A stretch of DNA of 64,000 nt from an uncultured Pseudomonadales bacterium (GTDB lineage Bacteria; Patescibacteriota; Microgenomatia; UBA1400; MFAQ01). The position numbers and the translations under genes were made by a program. Location: the NCBI GenBank assembly GCA_964357975.1, contig CAYHNG010000003.1, positions 393-64,392 on the forward strand, read 5' to 3'. Shown here piece by piece: positions 8,602-18,445 of this stretch (position 1 is its first letter; every line of letters begins with the position of its first letter). The notes below the pieces were generated by a model. That model saw only the letters and a program-made list of their open reading frames with translations, was not told the DNA's origin and made no database searches.

Positions 8602-9292
8602 GGACTCTGAGCTGATAAAGCGGCTCATCCGAGCCTCCGGTATTTCGTGGAATGATACAGTTTTGGAGATTGGGTCGGGAAACGGCATCATCACCGAAGG
8701 TCTACTCTCTGCTTCCAAGAAGGTAATGGCAGTCGAAATAGACAAAGATTTATTTGCCCTTGTATCTGATCGTCTGGGGAATAATAGTGCTTTGGAACTT
8801 GTTTACGGAAATTTTCTAGACATTGATCTGCCCAGAGAACCCTACAAGGTCTTTGCGAATATACCTTTTTCGATAACCGGTGAAATAATTAAAAAACTGC
8901 TGTTTTCGAAAAATCCGCCAAATGATTGTAGCCTGGTTGTTCAAAAAGAAGCGGCTGAAAAATTCATAGTTAATACGCACAAAAATAGCATGCTCTCGGT
9001 TCTGTTTTATCCTTTTTTTGATATCAAAATTGAATACGTTTTCAAAAGAACCGATTTTAAACCAACTCCGAGTGTGGATCTATGTATGCTACGAATTGTG
9101 AAGAGACCAACACCGTTAATTTCTAAAGAAAAGACCGACAAATACCGAGATTTTGTCGTTTACAAATTTACAAAATGCAGAGAAGCCGGTGAGTGGACTA
9201 TGGCACGATGGTTAAACTCTTACACCAAAGATATACCCTGTGGTGGGTCGTTCTTAAAATGGCAAGGGGAGCAGAGCAACGGCTTCCCTTAG
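8558..9292 (+). CDS. rRNA adenine N6-methyltransferase, Erm-like (Erm/KsgA family)
   Basis: SQNF, VLEIGSGNG, VEID, ANIPF, FKPTPSVD. Confidence 0.85.
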   Translation: MFKTRRKLLSQNFFRDSELIKRLIRASGISWNDTVLEIGSGNGIITEGLLSASKKVMAVEIDKDLFALVSDRLGNNSALELVYGNFLDIDLPREPYKVFANIPFSITGEIIKKLLFSKNPPNDCSLVVQKEAAEKFIVNTHKNSMLSVLFYPFFDIKIEYVFKRTDFKPTPSVDLCMLRIVKRPTPLISKEKTDKYRDFVVYKFTKCREAGEWTMARWLNSYTKDIPCGGSFLKWQGEQSNGFP

Positions 9293-9399
9293 TAGTAATA
9301 GTTTCCTTAATTATTTGGGCCATGTTCATACCATTAATTGTTAACTATCTTACAGTTAACTATAGCATATGAGAACTGAGGATGGTTGGCTGTTAGAGT

Positions 9400-9951
9400 C
9401 TATTCCTCTATCAGGACATCACCGCCGTCGTTGTTGATGTTGGAAGATTTTCCAGCGGCGGTTGGAGAGGGGTAGATAAAGGTCCAAGTCTTGGCTATAA
9501 CGGTAACATCATTACCTGTAATTGTAACCAGGACCTCATTATCAATACAAGCTATTGTTTCCAGATCATCTGTCAATATTTTCTTGGCCGGCCGACCGTC
9601 TAATGTCGTGTCAAGAGCTGAGTTTTTTCCAACCCACGCATCCAGATTTTTAAAGGTATTGTCCGACATGGTGATAGTCACGGTATCTTTGGAAGGAAGA
9701 GTTAGGGTTAGGTTCGCGTAATTTTTCTTATCGTCAGGATGATTATCAATGCTTGTACCTTCCGGATACTTAAAAGAAAATCCGGCCTCATCAGTCCAAA
9801 TTAACATCTTGACTGGTATCTCGGTCGGAGTGGGAGTAGATAATTCAGCGATCTTTTGAGTTTCCGGACTGCGTCCAAATATCAAGAAGGTGGTGGTTCC
9901 GCCAATCAAGACAAACAGAACGACAACGATCAAAATTTGTTTTGAATTCAT
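9400..9951 (-). CDS. Membrane-anchored hypothetical protein (PsbP-like motif FSFKYP)
   Basis: N-terminal TM helix, PT linker. Confidence 0.6.
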   Translation of the reverse strand: MNSKQILIVVVLFVLIGGTTTFLIFGRSPETQKIAELSTPTPTEIPVKMLIWTDEAGFSFKYPEGTSIDNHPDDKKNYANLTLTLPSKDTVTITMSDNTFKNLDAWVGKNSALDTTLDGRPAKKILTDDLETIACIDNEVLVTITGNDVTVIAKTWTFIYPSPTAAGKSSNINNDGGDVLIEE

Positions 9952-9972
9952 AATTAAATGCTATTATAAACA

Positions 9973-10395
9973 ATGAAAATAAGAATTTTGGCATTGTTGT
10001 CATTTGCTATGTTTTTTTTTGGAGCCACTTCCACACTGGCGGCCAAAAAGAGGGTGTGGGAGAAGACTGTAGTGACTACTGCCTCCCGAAATAGCCCCTT
10101 GTCGGTATCTGCCAGATTTAGCGGATGGAAACAGTACTTGAATGTGAGTTTCAGAGGAGTAGCGAGCACCAAAAGTATTGCCTACGAGTTAATCTATGCT
10201 AGCAACGGCGTAGATCAGGGTGCAGAGGGCAAAGTGTATTCTAATGAAAGCAATGTAACCAAATCGCTATTTTTAGGAACTTGCTCCTACAGAGTGTGTA
10301 CTGCTCATAAAAATGTGAGCAACGTGCGATTGAGAATCACATATCAAACTATCGGTGGTCAAAATGTGGTAAAAAACTATAAAGTGAAATATTAG
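9973..10395 (+). CDS. Secreted hypothetical protein
   Basis: Signal peptide, LFLGTCS..VC motif. Confidence 0.65.
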   Translation: MKIRILALLSFAMFFFGATSTLAAKKRVWEKTVVTTASRNSPLSVSARFSGWKQYLNVSFRGVASTKSIAYELIYASNGVDQGAEGKVYSNESNVTKSLFLGTCSYRVCTAHKNVSNVRLRITYQTIGGQNVVKNYKVKY

Positions 10396-10416
10396 TTACT
10401 TGGATTGCGACCTAAA

Positions 10417-11082
10417 TTAATACTTTATTGTTTCCGGAACAGAGCCGACGAGACGGAGAGAGCCGGACTTAAAACTGGCGTCTTGGATATTGGCTCCGCC
10501 TATTTGGCTGATGCGTCGTTCGATCATGTCTCCGACAGCGACAGCGACCGGTTTGGTAATTGATTCCGGTACAGTTACTCTCCCTATTTGAAAGGTAGTG
10601 GGATTGATGGTGAGAACGTTACTGCTCATATCACCGGTTCCCTTGACATAGAAAGGGAGATCGCCGGCGACATACTGGACATACTGTTTACCCTTTTCGA
10701 TATCGGAGTCGGAGTAGCCGAGATTCTTGGCAAGAGAAACGGCGGTGGCAACTTTGAGAAAACCGGAAGCCTCCCCAGTACCATCGGGATTGAATCTAAT
10801 CTGCACATTGTGTAGGGGAAAGTATTTATCTCTCTCTTCCCAGACAGCAAAGATTGAGGTTACTTCGGCACTAGAAAGATTAACGTCCAGACTAATCTTA
10901 CCGGTACCATTTGTGATTCCATATTTTGATTCAAATGCAGTCACGAGTGTCGGATCGGCTTTGACTCCCAGATCCACTTGCTTGGCGATAAAACCGGAAA
11001 GAAAAGGCATAAACCCGAGATAACTTAAACCGGCAATAACCAAAATGACCAAAATAAGTAAACCGATCAGTAGTTTTTTCAT
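10417..11082 (-). CDS. Membrane-anchored hypothetical protein
   Basis: Probable start MKKLLIGLL followed by a TM helix. Confidence 0.65.
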   Translation of the reverse strand: MKKLLIGLLILVILVIAGLSYLGFMPFLSGFIAKQVDLGVKADPTLVTAFESKYGITNGTGKISLDVNLSSAEVTSIFAVWEERDKYFPLHNVQIRFNPDGTGEASGFLKVATAVSLAKNLGYSDSDIEKGKQYVQYVAGDLPFYVKGTGDMSSNVLTINPTTFQIGRVTVPESITKPVAVAVGDMIERRISQIGGANIQDASFKSGSLRLVGSVPETIKY

Positions 11083-11181
11083 AAGGCTATTATCCAACTT
11101 CTTTGTCTGGAAGACAAATGTTGACAACGGCTGGTTTTTTGTGATGATCAAGAAAGTTAGTCAGACTGATAGAATGAAGAT

Positions 11182-11529
11182 GTGGAGCAAGATGTTGCCA
11201 AGCCAGTCGTATGCCAATACAGCTCTTTTCCGGTCACCGATGAAAATTATTTTTGCCCGCATTGTGGAAAGAAATTAAAGGATAAGCCGGTATCCATAGG
11301 AACTTGGGCCATTGTTTGGCTTTTTGTATTAAGCGTCTTATTACCTCCGTTAGGAATCGGGCTAACCATGCGATATATCAAAGCCGATGAAGAAAGTACA
11401 CGAACGATAGGATGGATCTCGCTCTTAGTGACCGTCGTATCCCTGATGGTGGCGATATGGATATCAAAATTAGCTCTGGACGGAATTAACCAGCAAATTA
11501 ACTCACAGTTGGAGAATTTCCAATTTTAA
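11182..11529 (+). CDS. Zinc-ribbon plus two-TM membrane protein
   Basis: FCPHCG, two hydrophobic helices; TAGAAT 6 nt upstream. Confidence 0.65.
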   Translation: MEQDVAKPVVCQYSSFPVTDENYFCPHCGKKLKDKPVSIGTWAIVWLFVLSVLLPPLGIGLTMRYIKADEESTRTIGWISLLVTVVSLMVAIWISKLALDGINQQINSQLENFQF

Positions 11530-11535
11530 TTATTC

Positions 11536-11793
11536 ATGAATTATTTTGTTTATATTTTGAGAACGTCGGCAAATACTTTATATGTTGGGCAGACGAATAA
11601 TCTGGAACGGAGATTGAAGGAACACAAAAGTAAAACCGGAAGGTCGGCAAAGTATGTACGATGCTTTGAAAGTGCGGAGCTCGTCTATGCGGAAGAGCAA
11701 CCGACCAGAGGAGAGGCGATGAGGAGGGAAAGAGAACTGAGAACGTGGACAAAAGAAAAAAAGGAAAGGTTGGTGTCCCACAAATTGCTTTAA
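11536..11793 (+). CDS. GIY-YIG nuclease family protein
   Basis: YFVYIL, LYVGQT, RRLKEH, AMRRE. Confidence 0.9.
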   Translation: MNYFVYILRTSANTLYVGQTNNLERRLKEHKSKTGRSAKYVRCFESAELVYAEEQPTRGEAMRRERELRTWTKEKKERLVSHKLL

Positions 11794-11831
11794 AGGTTGT
11801 GTTTTGAGTCGTGAGGTCTTAGGATTTTGCT

Positions 11832-12419
11832 ATGGAACTGAAGAACAGAATCATTGTATTTATTGGCCCGGAAGGATCGGGAAAAACGACGATGGCCACC
11901 CGGTTATCTCAGCAATCAAAGCTACCAAGAATTACTACAGGAGACATTATCCGGAACTTGGCGGAGAACGATATGGGACCATTGGGAGAGGAATGCCGAA
12001 CCATGTTTGCGGCCAATGGCTATTTGTCCGGTGAGTCGCTTCTGAAAATTCTAGTTCAGCGCTTTTGCCAAGAGGACGTGGCCAACGGGCTAATCTTGGA
12101 CGGAGGAATGAGAACTTTGAAAGAAACCAGTGACTTTAGAAAGGTTCTGGACCAGGCCAATCTGAGACTACCCCTGACGGTGATTCATTTACAGATCCCC
12201 TACCGGACAAGCTATTTCCGATTAGTGCTGGGAAAGAATGCTAGAAAACGGACAGACGATACACTCACCGGAGTCTTTGGGCGTCTTTCCAAATTTCACC
12301 TTCAGCTTCAAGAAAGAATCGCTGTAATACAGGATCAGCCGGACTGGGAACTGAGACAGGTGAACGCCAACAGAGGAATTGAGGAAGTCTTTCAAGAAGT
12401 CTTGCTCCAGTTGACCTAA
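11832..12419 (+). CDS. Adenylate/nucleoside-monophosphate kinase family
   Basis: GPEGSGKTT, ITTGDIIR, ILDGGMR, RTDD. Confidence 0.8.
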   Translation: MELKNRIIVFIGPEGSGKTTMATRLSQQSKLPRITTGDIIRNLAENDMGPLGEECRTMFAANGYLSGESLLKILVQRFCQEDVANGLILDGGMRTLKETSDFRKVLDQANLRLPLTVIHLQIPYRTSYFRLVLGKNARKRTDDTLTGVFGRLSKFHLQLQERIAVIQDQPDWELRQVNANRGIEEVFQEVLLQLT

Positions 12420-12460
12420 CGGTGTACGATAAACACTATCATGGAACTTACTAAAGGCAA

Positions 12461-13006
12461 ATGAAGGAAGTAGGAGTCATGCTTGGACGATTTTCTCCCT
12501 TTTACAGAGGTCATCAGGCTCAAGTAGACTTAATGATCAGAGAGAGAGGTTTGAATAATTGCATGATTTTGGTGGGATCATCAAACTCATATAACCCCAG
12601 AACCCCCTTTACTTACGAGCAAAGACGGGAAATCATTAAGCAAATTTACCCAAAGATGAAGATTGTTCCACTACCGGATGTAAATCCTGCGCTTGTGTAT
12701 TTTGACGGAAGCACGAACGAGAAATGGCTAGAAGAGATAAAAAAGTTGGAAAGAAACATGTCGGTGAAGTTTCTTTTTTACGGAGGAAGTAGAGAGGACT
12801 TAGCGATACTGGCCACAAGATTCGAGACGAAGATTGCGGCAAGCCGATATGGCGACCCGACGTTGAGATCCGCCACAGAAGTAAGAAAAGCATTAGATAA
12901 TCACGACACGGAGAAACTAGAACAGTTTCTGGATGCAAGAACAATCCCCCTGATCATCAAATACTACAAGGTATTCTTGAAATCGCTATCAAATTCGGGG
13001 GCGTAG
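12461..13006 (+). CDS. Cytidylyltransferase-like/NMN adenylyltransferase family
   Basis: GRFSPFYRGH, VGSS, PFTYEQR, SATEVR. Confidence 0.8.
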   Translation: MKEVGVMLGRFSPFYRGHQAQVDLMIRERGLNNCMILVGSSNSYNPRTPFTYEQRREIIKQIYPKMKIVPLPDVNPALVYFDGSTNEKWLEEIKKLERNMSVKFLFYGGSREDLAILATRFETKIAASRYGDPTLRSATEVRKALDNHDTEKLEQFLDARTIPLIIKYYKVFLKSLSNSGA

Positions 13007-13055
13007 GGAGGTCTCAAAAAGGCAGTTTGAGGCGAAAATAGTGATAAACTGAATT

Positions 13056-13556
13056 GTGAATCTTCATCCAATATTCGTGCATTTCCCGATTGCATTGTTG
13101 ACAATCTATGGACTGGCCGAGCTAGTCAGAGCAAAAAAACTGTTGGCTGCTGGTTACTGGTTCTACCTTAAAGCAATCTTGGTAATACTGGGTACGCTAT
13201 CGGCGTTACCCACCCTATTGTCCGGGAAAGCTATTGAGGATTTGTTCTCCGAACAATTAGTACAGATTCACTCCAGTTATGCCCTAGCGACGACTATCCT
13301 ATTTGCATTAATTTCAATTTCATACCTAGTTAGTTGGATTGATAAAGATTTTTACTTAGTTATAAAAAACATTGATTCGTGGCGTAATGTATCTCAACTG
13401 AATAAAAATATTTTCCGTTCTCGCGTGTTGGTTCTATTGGCACTGATCGGATTGGGGATGATAAGCATCACCGGAGCTTTGGGGGGAATAATCGCCTTTG
13501 GCCCCAACGTGGATCCCCTGTCACAATTTGTTAATGGCTTATTTTTTGGTAAATGA
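13056..13556 (+). CDS. DUF2231-like membrane protein
   Basis: LHPIFVHFPIAL, TGALGG. Confidence 0.75.
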   Translation: MNLHPIFVHFPIALLTIYGLAELVRAKKLLAAGYWFYLKAILVILGTLSALPTLLSGKAIEDLFSEQLVQIHSSYALATTILFALISISYLVSWIDKDFYLVIKNIDSWRNVSQLNKNIFRSRVLVLLALIGLGMISITGALGGIIAFGPNVDPLSQFVNGLFFGK

Positions 13557-14824
13557 ACCTCATTAAAAATTTTTCAAACTTGGCGACTTCCGAGAGGAGG
13601 AAAACGGCTCTAAAAATCTTGACGGCGGGACTAGCAGCCATACAGCCAGAGTTAATCCTTCGAGAAAAACTTCACCTACAAGATGGGGTGCTGAGAGTAG
13701 CCAATAAAAGAATTAAACTTTCAAAGTACGAAAGAGTGTTTTTGATTGGATTTGGAAAAGGCGCAGCCGGAATCTCCGACAAAGTTGGGAATCTTCTGGG
13801 ATCGTTTCTAACAAAAGGTTGGGTGATTGACACCGTAGAGAAGCAGTCCGAGAAAATTGTCTTTAGCATAGGCTCTCACCCTTTACCGTCCATAGAAAAT
13901 GTGGCTTTTACCGAAAAAGTACTGGAAGAAACAGCCGGGATGACCAAGAAAGACTTGGTTCTGGTGGTAGTTTGCGGAGGAGGATCGGCTTTGTTTGAAG
14001 CTCCTTACTCCTTGCCAATAGATAAACTACGAGAAGTATCCGCCAAATTGATCAACTCGGGAGCAACTATCTCCGAAATTAACGTGGTCCGTAAACATCT
14101 CTCAAAAGTTAAGGGTGGTGGACTGGCCAAACATCTTTTCCCCGCAAAAATAGTCAACTTGATATTTTCGGACGTTCCGGGCAACGACTTGTCGGTAATT
14201 GCCTCAGGCCCGACGGTGAGAGACGGTTCAACAATTCAAAGAGCCCTCAGTATTTTGGATAAATACGGAATAAACCGGTCAGACTTGCCGGAGTCATCTT
14301 TGACGGAGCTACCTAAAGAGGCAAGGTATTTTGAAAATGTGGATGAAATAATAGTTCTGAGTAATATAACTGCCTTGGAAGCAATGAATACTGAGGCCAG
14401 GAATCTGGGATATAAAAGTTTTATTTTTTCCGACAAGATACAGGGGGATGCCCGAAAAATGGGCAAGAAACTAATAGAGCAGACACCGCCCGGGAAAATT
14501 TTGCTGGCAGGAGGTGAGACCACGATAAAAGTGGTCGGGAAGGGAAAGGGCGGAAGGAACCAAGCGCTGGTCTTGGCTAGTTTGCCGGTCGATGATGATA
14601 CACTGGTATTAGCGTTTGATTCCGACGGGATCGATTATTATCATTTTGGAGGGGCTATAGGGGATATAGAGACCTGGGAAAAAGCCAAAAAGCAAAACAT
14701 TGACCCCCAAGAGTTCCTAAAAAATGACGATAGTTCGAGTTTTTTTGAGAAAGTGGAAGACGGAATCTTAACCGATAAATTAGGGTCAAATGTAACTGAC
14801 CTGATGGTGATATTAAAAATATGA
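13553..14824 (+). CDS. Glycerate kinase type 2 (DUF4147/MOFRL)
   Basis: GFGK, GGGSAL, VRKHLSKVKGG, SDVPG, ASGPT, GGETT, GGRNQ. Confidence 0.9.
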   Translation: MNLIKNFSNLATSERRKTALKILTAGLAAIQPELILREKLHLQDGVLRVANKRIKLSKYERVFLIGFGKGAAGISDKVGNLLGSFLTKGWVIDTVEKQSEKIVFSIGSHPLPSIENVAFTEKVLEETAGMTKKDLVLVVVCGGGSALFEAPYSLPIDKLREVSAKLINSGATISEINVVRKHLSKVKGGGLAKHLFPAKIVNLIFSDVPGNDLSVIASGPTVRDGSTIQRALSILDKYGINRSDLPESSLTELPKEARYFENVDEIIVLSNITALEAMNTEARNLGYKSFIFSDKIQGDARKMGKKLIEQTPPGKILLAGGETTIKVVGKGKGGRNQALVLASLPVDDDTLVLAFDSDGIDYYHFGGAIGDIETWEKAKKQNIDPQEFLKNDDSSSFFEKVEDGILTDKLGSNVTDLMVILKI

Positions 14825-15729
14825 TTGTAGATAACCTAGACGTCGATCTGACGCAAGAAAAACTATTAGATCTGCAGGAAAAGGCCGTCAAAGCCAGGGA
14901 GCTTCTTATAGAAACACTCTTGGAAGCCAAATCGGGACATAGTGCCGGGCCACTCGGGATGGCGGATATTTTTGTAGCACTTTATTTTCATATTTTGAAT
15001 CATGACCCAAAAGATCCTCATAAGCCGGACAGGGATCGGCTTATCCTGAGCAACGGACATATCTGCCCCATACGTTATGTAGTAATGGCGATGGCCGGAT
15101 ACTTCCCGATGGAAGAGTTAAAAACGCTGAGGAAAATTAATTCCAGACTTCAGGGGCACCCGCACCGGACAGCACTGGACGGAGTAGAAACCACGTCGGG
15201 ACCGTTAGGAGAGGGATTATCACAAGCCATTGGATATGCTCTAGCCGCCAAATTGGATCACAAAGATCACTACATCTACTGCATCACTTCCGATGGTGAA
15301 CATCAAGAAGGAAATACTTGGGAGGCAATTATGTTTGCCGGAAAAAATCGAATTAATAACTTAACGGTAATTATCGACAGAAACAATATTCAGATCGATG
15401 GCTATACCGAAGATATTATGCCTCTGGAACCACTACGAGAGAAATATGAAGCTTTTGGATGGCATGTCTTAGAAACCGACGGAAACAATATTCGAACCTT
15501 TGTTGACGCAGTCCGTGAAGCTAAAGCTATTTTTAATAAACCAACCGTGATTATCGCTCACACCATTCCGGGTAAGGGAGTAAGTTTTATGGAGAATAAT
15601 TACTTGTGGCATGGTGCTCCGCCCGACGTAGGAGAGGTGATGGGATCGCCAGCAAAAGGTGAACAAGCGAAAATAGCTTTGTCAGACCTGAGAACGTTAC
15701 AAGGAAAGATCGAAAGCGAACATCAATAA
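14821..15729 (+). CDS. Transketolase, N-terminal subunit
   Basis: SGH, DRLILSNGH, LQGHP, SDGEHQEG. Confidence 0.93.
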   Translation: MIVDNLDVDLTQEKLLDLQEKAVKARELLIETLLEAKSGHSAGPLGMADIFVALYFHILNHDPKDPHKPDRDRLILSNGHICPIRYVVMAMAGYFPMEELKTLRKINSRLQGHPHRTALDGVETTSGPLGEGLSQAIGYALAAKLDHKDHYIYCITSDGEHQEGNTWEAIMFAGKNRINNLTVIIDRNNIQIDGYTEDIMPLEPLREKYEAFGWHVLETDGNNIRTFVDAVREAKAIFNKPTVIIAHTIPGKGVSFMENNYLWHGAPPDVGEVMGSPAKGEQAKIALSDLRTLQGKIESEHQ

Positions 15730-15735
15730 ACATAT

Positions 15736-16722
15736 ATGCTCAACCCTGACTTAAAACTTAACCAAAAAATGTTTGATGAAGATGCCGAGCTGAAAGCCAC
15801 CCGCGACGGCTTTGGAACCGCCCTCGTCTCTCTGGGAGAAACCAATCCGGCGGTGGTAGTGCTAACGGCCGACTTGAATGAATCAACCAGAACCGAAGAA
15901 TTTTCAAAAAGATTTCCCGAAAGATTTTTTGAGTGCGGGGTGGCCGAACAAAACATGGCAGCAATAGCGGCCGGGCTGGGCGTCAGTAAGAAAATTCCCT
16001 TTATGTCCTCTTACGCCACTTTTTCCCCGGGGAAAAATTGGGAAACGATTCGGACAACCATTGTCTACAACCACTCAAATGTAAAAATCGCCGGACACCA
16101 TAGCGGCATAATGACCGGACCGGATGGGGCCACTCACCAAGCAACAGAAGATATTGCGATAACCCGATGTTGGCCGGACATAGAAGTGATCGTCCCCTGT
16201 GACAGTCATGAGAGTAAAAAAGCGACCATCTTGTCGGCCGAAATTGACGGGCCGGTGTATCTTCGATTTAGCCGGGATAAATCGGTGGTGATGACGACTG
16301 AAGAAACTCCCTTTGATAAAAAAATTCAAAATTACTGGGTAACGGAAAACCCTCAGTGCACCATCTTTGGAACCGGACATCTACTTTTTCAGGCTATGCT
16401 GGCCGGTAAAGAACTGGAGAGTGAAGGAATAAACGTGTTGGTGGCCAATGTCGCCTGTATCAAACCATTGGACGCGGAGGGAGTGATAAGTCTTGTGGAA
16501 AAGACAGGCTGCGCCGTCAGCGTGGAAGACCACCAGGTGATGGGTGGTCTGGGAGGAACACTGGCGGAACTACTGGCGCAAAAAAGACCAACCCCAATGG
16601 AATTTATCGGACTACAAAATACCTTTGCCGAGTCCGGGAGCCCCAAAGACATCATCGAAAAGTATGGTCTGGGAAGTAAAGCCATCAAGGAGGCGGTCAA
16701 GAGGGTGATCGCCAGAAAATAA
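15736..16722 (+). CDS. Transketolase, C-terminal subunit
   Basis: TADL, GVAEQNM, DGATHQ, GPVYLR, VEDH. Confidence 0.93.
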   Translation: MLNPDLKLNQKMFDEDAELKATRDGFGTALVSLGETNPAVVVLTADLNESTRTEEFSKRFPERFFECGVAEQNMAAIAAGLGVSKKIPFMSSYATFSPGKNWETIRTTIVYNHSNVKIAGHHSGIMTGPDGATHQATEDIAITRCWPDIEVIVPCDSHESKKATILSAEIDGPVYLRFSRDKSVVMTTEETPFDKKIQNYWVTENPQCTIFGTGHLLFQAMLAGKELESEGINVLVANVACIKPLDAEGVISLVEKTGCAVSVEDHQVMGGLGGTLAELLAQKRPTPMEFIGLQNTFAESGSPKDIIEKYGLGSKAIKEAVKRVIARK

Positions 16723-18375
16723 ATGAATAACGATCTGCTGGCGGAAATCAAAAATAAGATTGAGGGGGAAGTGCTAAACAGTGAGGAAGCTTTAACAGAA
16801 TATAGCCACGATGCCAGCTTGTTTGAAGTGAAACCGGAGGCGGTAGCATTTCCAAAGAATCAAAGGGATGTCGAAGAATTGGTGGAGATCGTAAAAAATA
16901 ACAAACAGAAGTTTCCGGACCTTTCTCTCACCGGACGGGCTGCGGGAACCGATATGTCCGGAGGACCACTCAACACTTCGATCATTGTGGAGTTCTCAAG
17001 ATATTTTAACCATCTGCCGCTTATTCAGGAAGTGTCGGCCGTGACCGAGCCGGGAGTGTTTTACCGTGACTTTGAAGCAGAAACCTTGAAACGAGGACTA
17101 CTATTCCCCTCTTATCCGGCCTCAAAATCCATCTGTGCTATGGGTGGAATAGTGAATAACAATTCGGGTGGTGAAAAATCTCTGAGATACGGCAAGACGC
17201 AAAACTATGTCCGGAAAGTGAGCGCCGTACTGGCCGACGGAAAGACCTATGAAATTAGACCTCTGAACAAAAAAGAATTGGAGGCGAAAATAAATCAGCA
17301 AGACTTTGAAGGTAGAATATTCGAACAGATTTACCGGTTGGTTTTGGATCATCAGGAAACAATCCTCAAATCACGACCCACGGTTCACAAAAATTCCGCG
17401 GGGTACAATCTCTGGGATATTTGGAACGAAGAAACCGAAATTTTTGACTTGACGAAACTTTGGGTGGGCGCACAGGGTACACTGGGACTAATGCTTTCGG
17501 CGGAAATCGGCTTGGTGCCGGTGCAAAAGAACCACCGAATGGTGGTGATATTCATGCCCAACATGGACTATTTGGGAGAAATAATTGAAAAGATTTTGCC
17601 TCTAGGGCCGGAGAGCTTTGAATCTTACGATGACAATACCCTAAAACTGGCACTGAGATATTTCCCGGAATTCGCTAAACAACTGGGGATCTATGGAATG
17701 ATCCAGGCGGGTTTGGCCTTCTTGCCGGCGTTTGCCATGATGGCTCTGGGTCATCTACCAAAACTGATTCTACAGGTGGACTTTGCCGGAGATACCCAAG
17801 AAGAATTAAAAAGCAAAGTAGATCGGCTGTTGTCCGAATTGAAACCATTAAACTTAAAAACTCAATTGGCGATTGGTGATCAGGCAAAAAAGTACTGGTT
17901 GGTACGACGAGAAAGCTTTAATTTGCTAAGAAACAAAATTAGAGATAAGCATACGGCCCCGTTTATCGATGATTTTGTGATTGACCCACAAAAAATTCAG
18001 ACAGTGTTGCCGGAGGTCACCAAGATCTTGGCGGAACATCCGGAGTTTATCTTTACGGTGGCCGGACACGTAGGTGAAGGGAATTTTCATATTATTCCAA
18101 TAGTAGACATCATGAATCCGGCTGTACGCACAGCCATTCCCGAGATTGCCGAACGAGTGTACAAAGTGATTACGGAAAATGGAGGGTCGATTACCGGTGA
18201 GCACAATGACGGACTAATTAGAACGCCTTACCTAAACCAGATGTTTGGAGAGGAGATGGTAAAGTTGTTTGAGCAGGTCAAAGATATTTTTGATCCTCAG
18301 GGAATCTTTAATCCCAGAAAAAAAGTGAGGGGCGACTTGAAGTTTGCGATGGCTCATATCCGGGAAAAGTGGTAG
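16723..18375 (+). CDS. FAD-binding oxidoreductase (GlcD/D-lactate dehydrogenase family)
   Basis: RAAGT, GGIVNNNSGG, GAQGTLG, GHVGEGNFH, GEHNDG. Confidence 0.9.
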   Translation: MNNDLLAEIKNKIEGEVLNSEEALTEYSHDASLFEVKPEAVAFPKNQRDVEELVEIVKNNKQKFPDLSLTGRAAGTDMSGGPLNTSIIVEFSRYFNHLPLIQEVSAVTEPGVFYRDFEAETLKRGLLFPSYPASKSICAMGGIVNNNSGGEKSLRYGKTQNYVRKVSAVLADGKTYEIRPLNKKELEAKINQQDFEGRIFEQIYRLVLDHQETILKSRPTVHKNSAGYNLWDIWNEETEIFDLTKLWVGAQGTLGLMLSAEIGLVPVQKNHRMVVIFMPNMDYLGEIIEKILPLGPESFESYDDNTLKLALRYFPEFAKQLGIYGMIQAGLAFLPAFAMMALGHLPKLILQVDFAGDTQEELKSKVDRLLSELKPLNLKTQLAIGDQAKKYWLVRRESFNLLRNKIRDKHTAPFIDDFVIDPQKIQTVLPEVTKILAEHPEFIFTVAGHVGEGNFHIIPIVDIMNPAVRTAIPEIAERVYKVITENGGSITGEHNDGLIRTPYLNQMFGEEMVKLFEQVKDIFDPQGIFNPRKKVRGDLKFAMAHIREKW

Positions 18376-18406
18376 CATCCGACATGGGCGGATTGATGAA
18401 TACATC

Positions 18407-18435
18407 AAAAAAAACCCTCACCATATAGATGAGGG
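18407..18435 (-). terminator. Intrinsic terminator
   Basis: CCCTCA..TGAGGG hairpin plus T8 on the minus strand. Confidence 0.7.
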
Positions 18436-18445
18436 GGGGGGGTGT

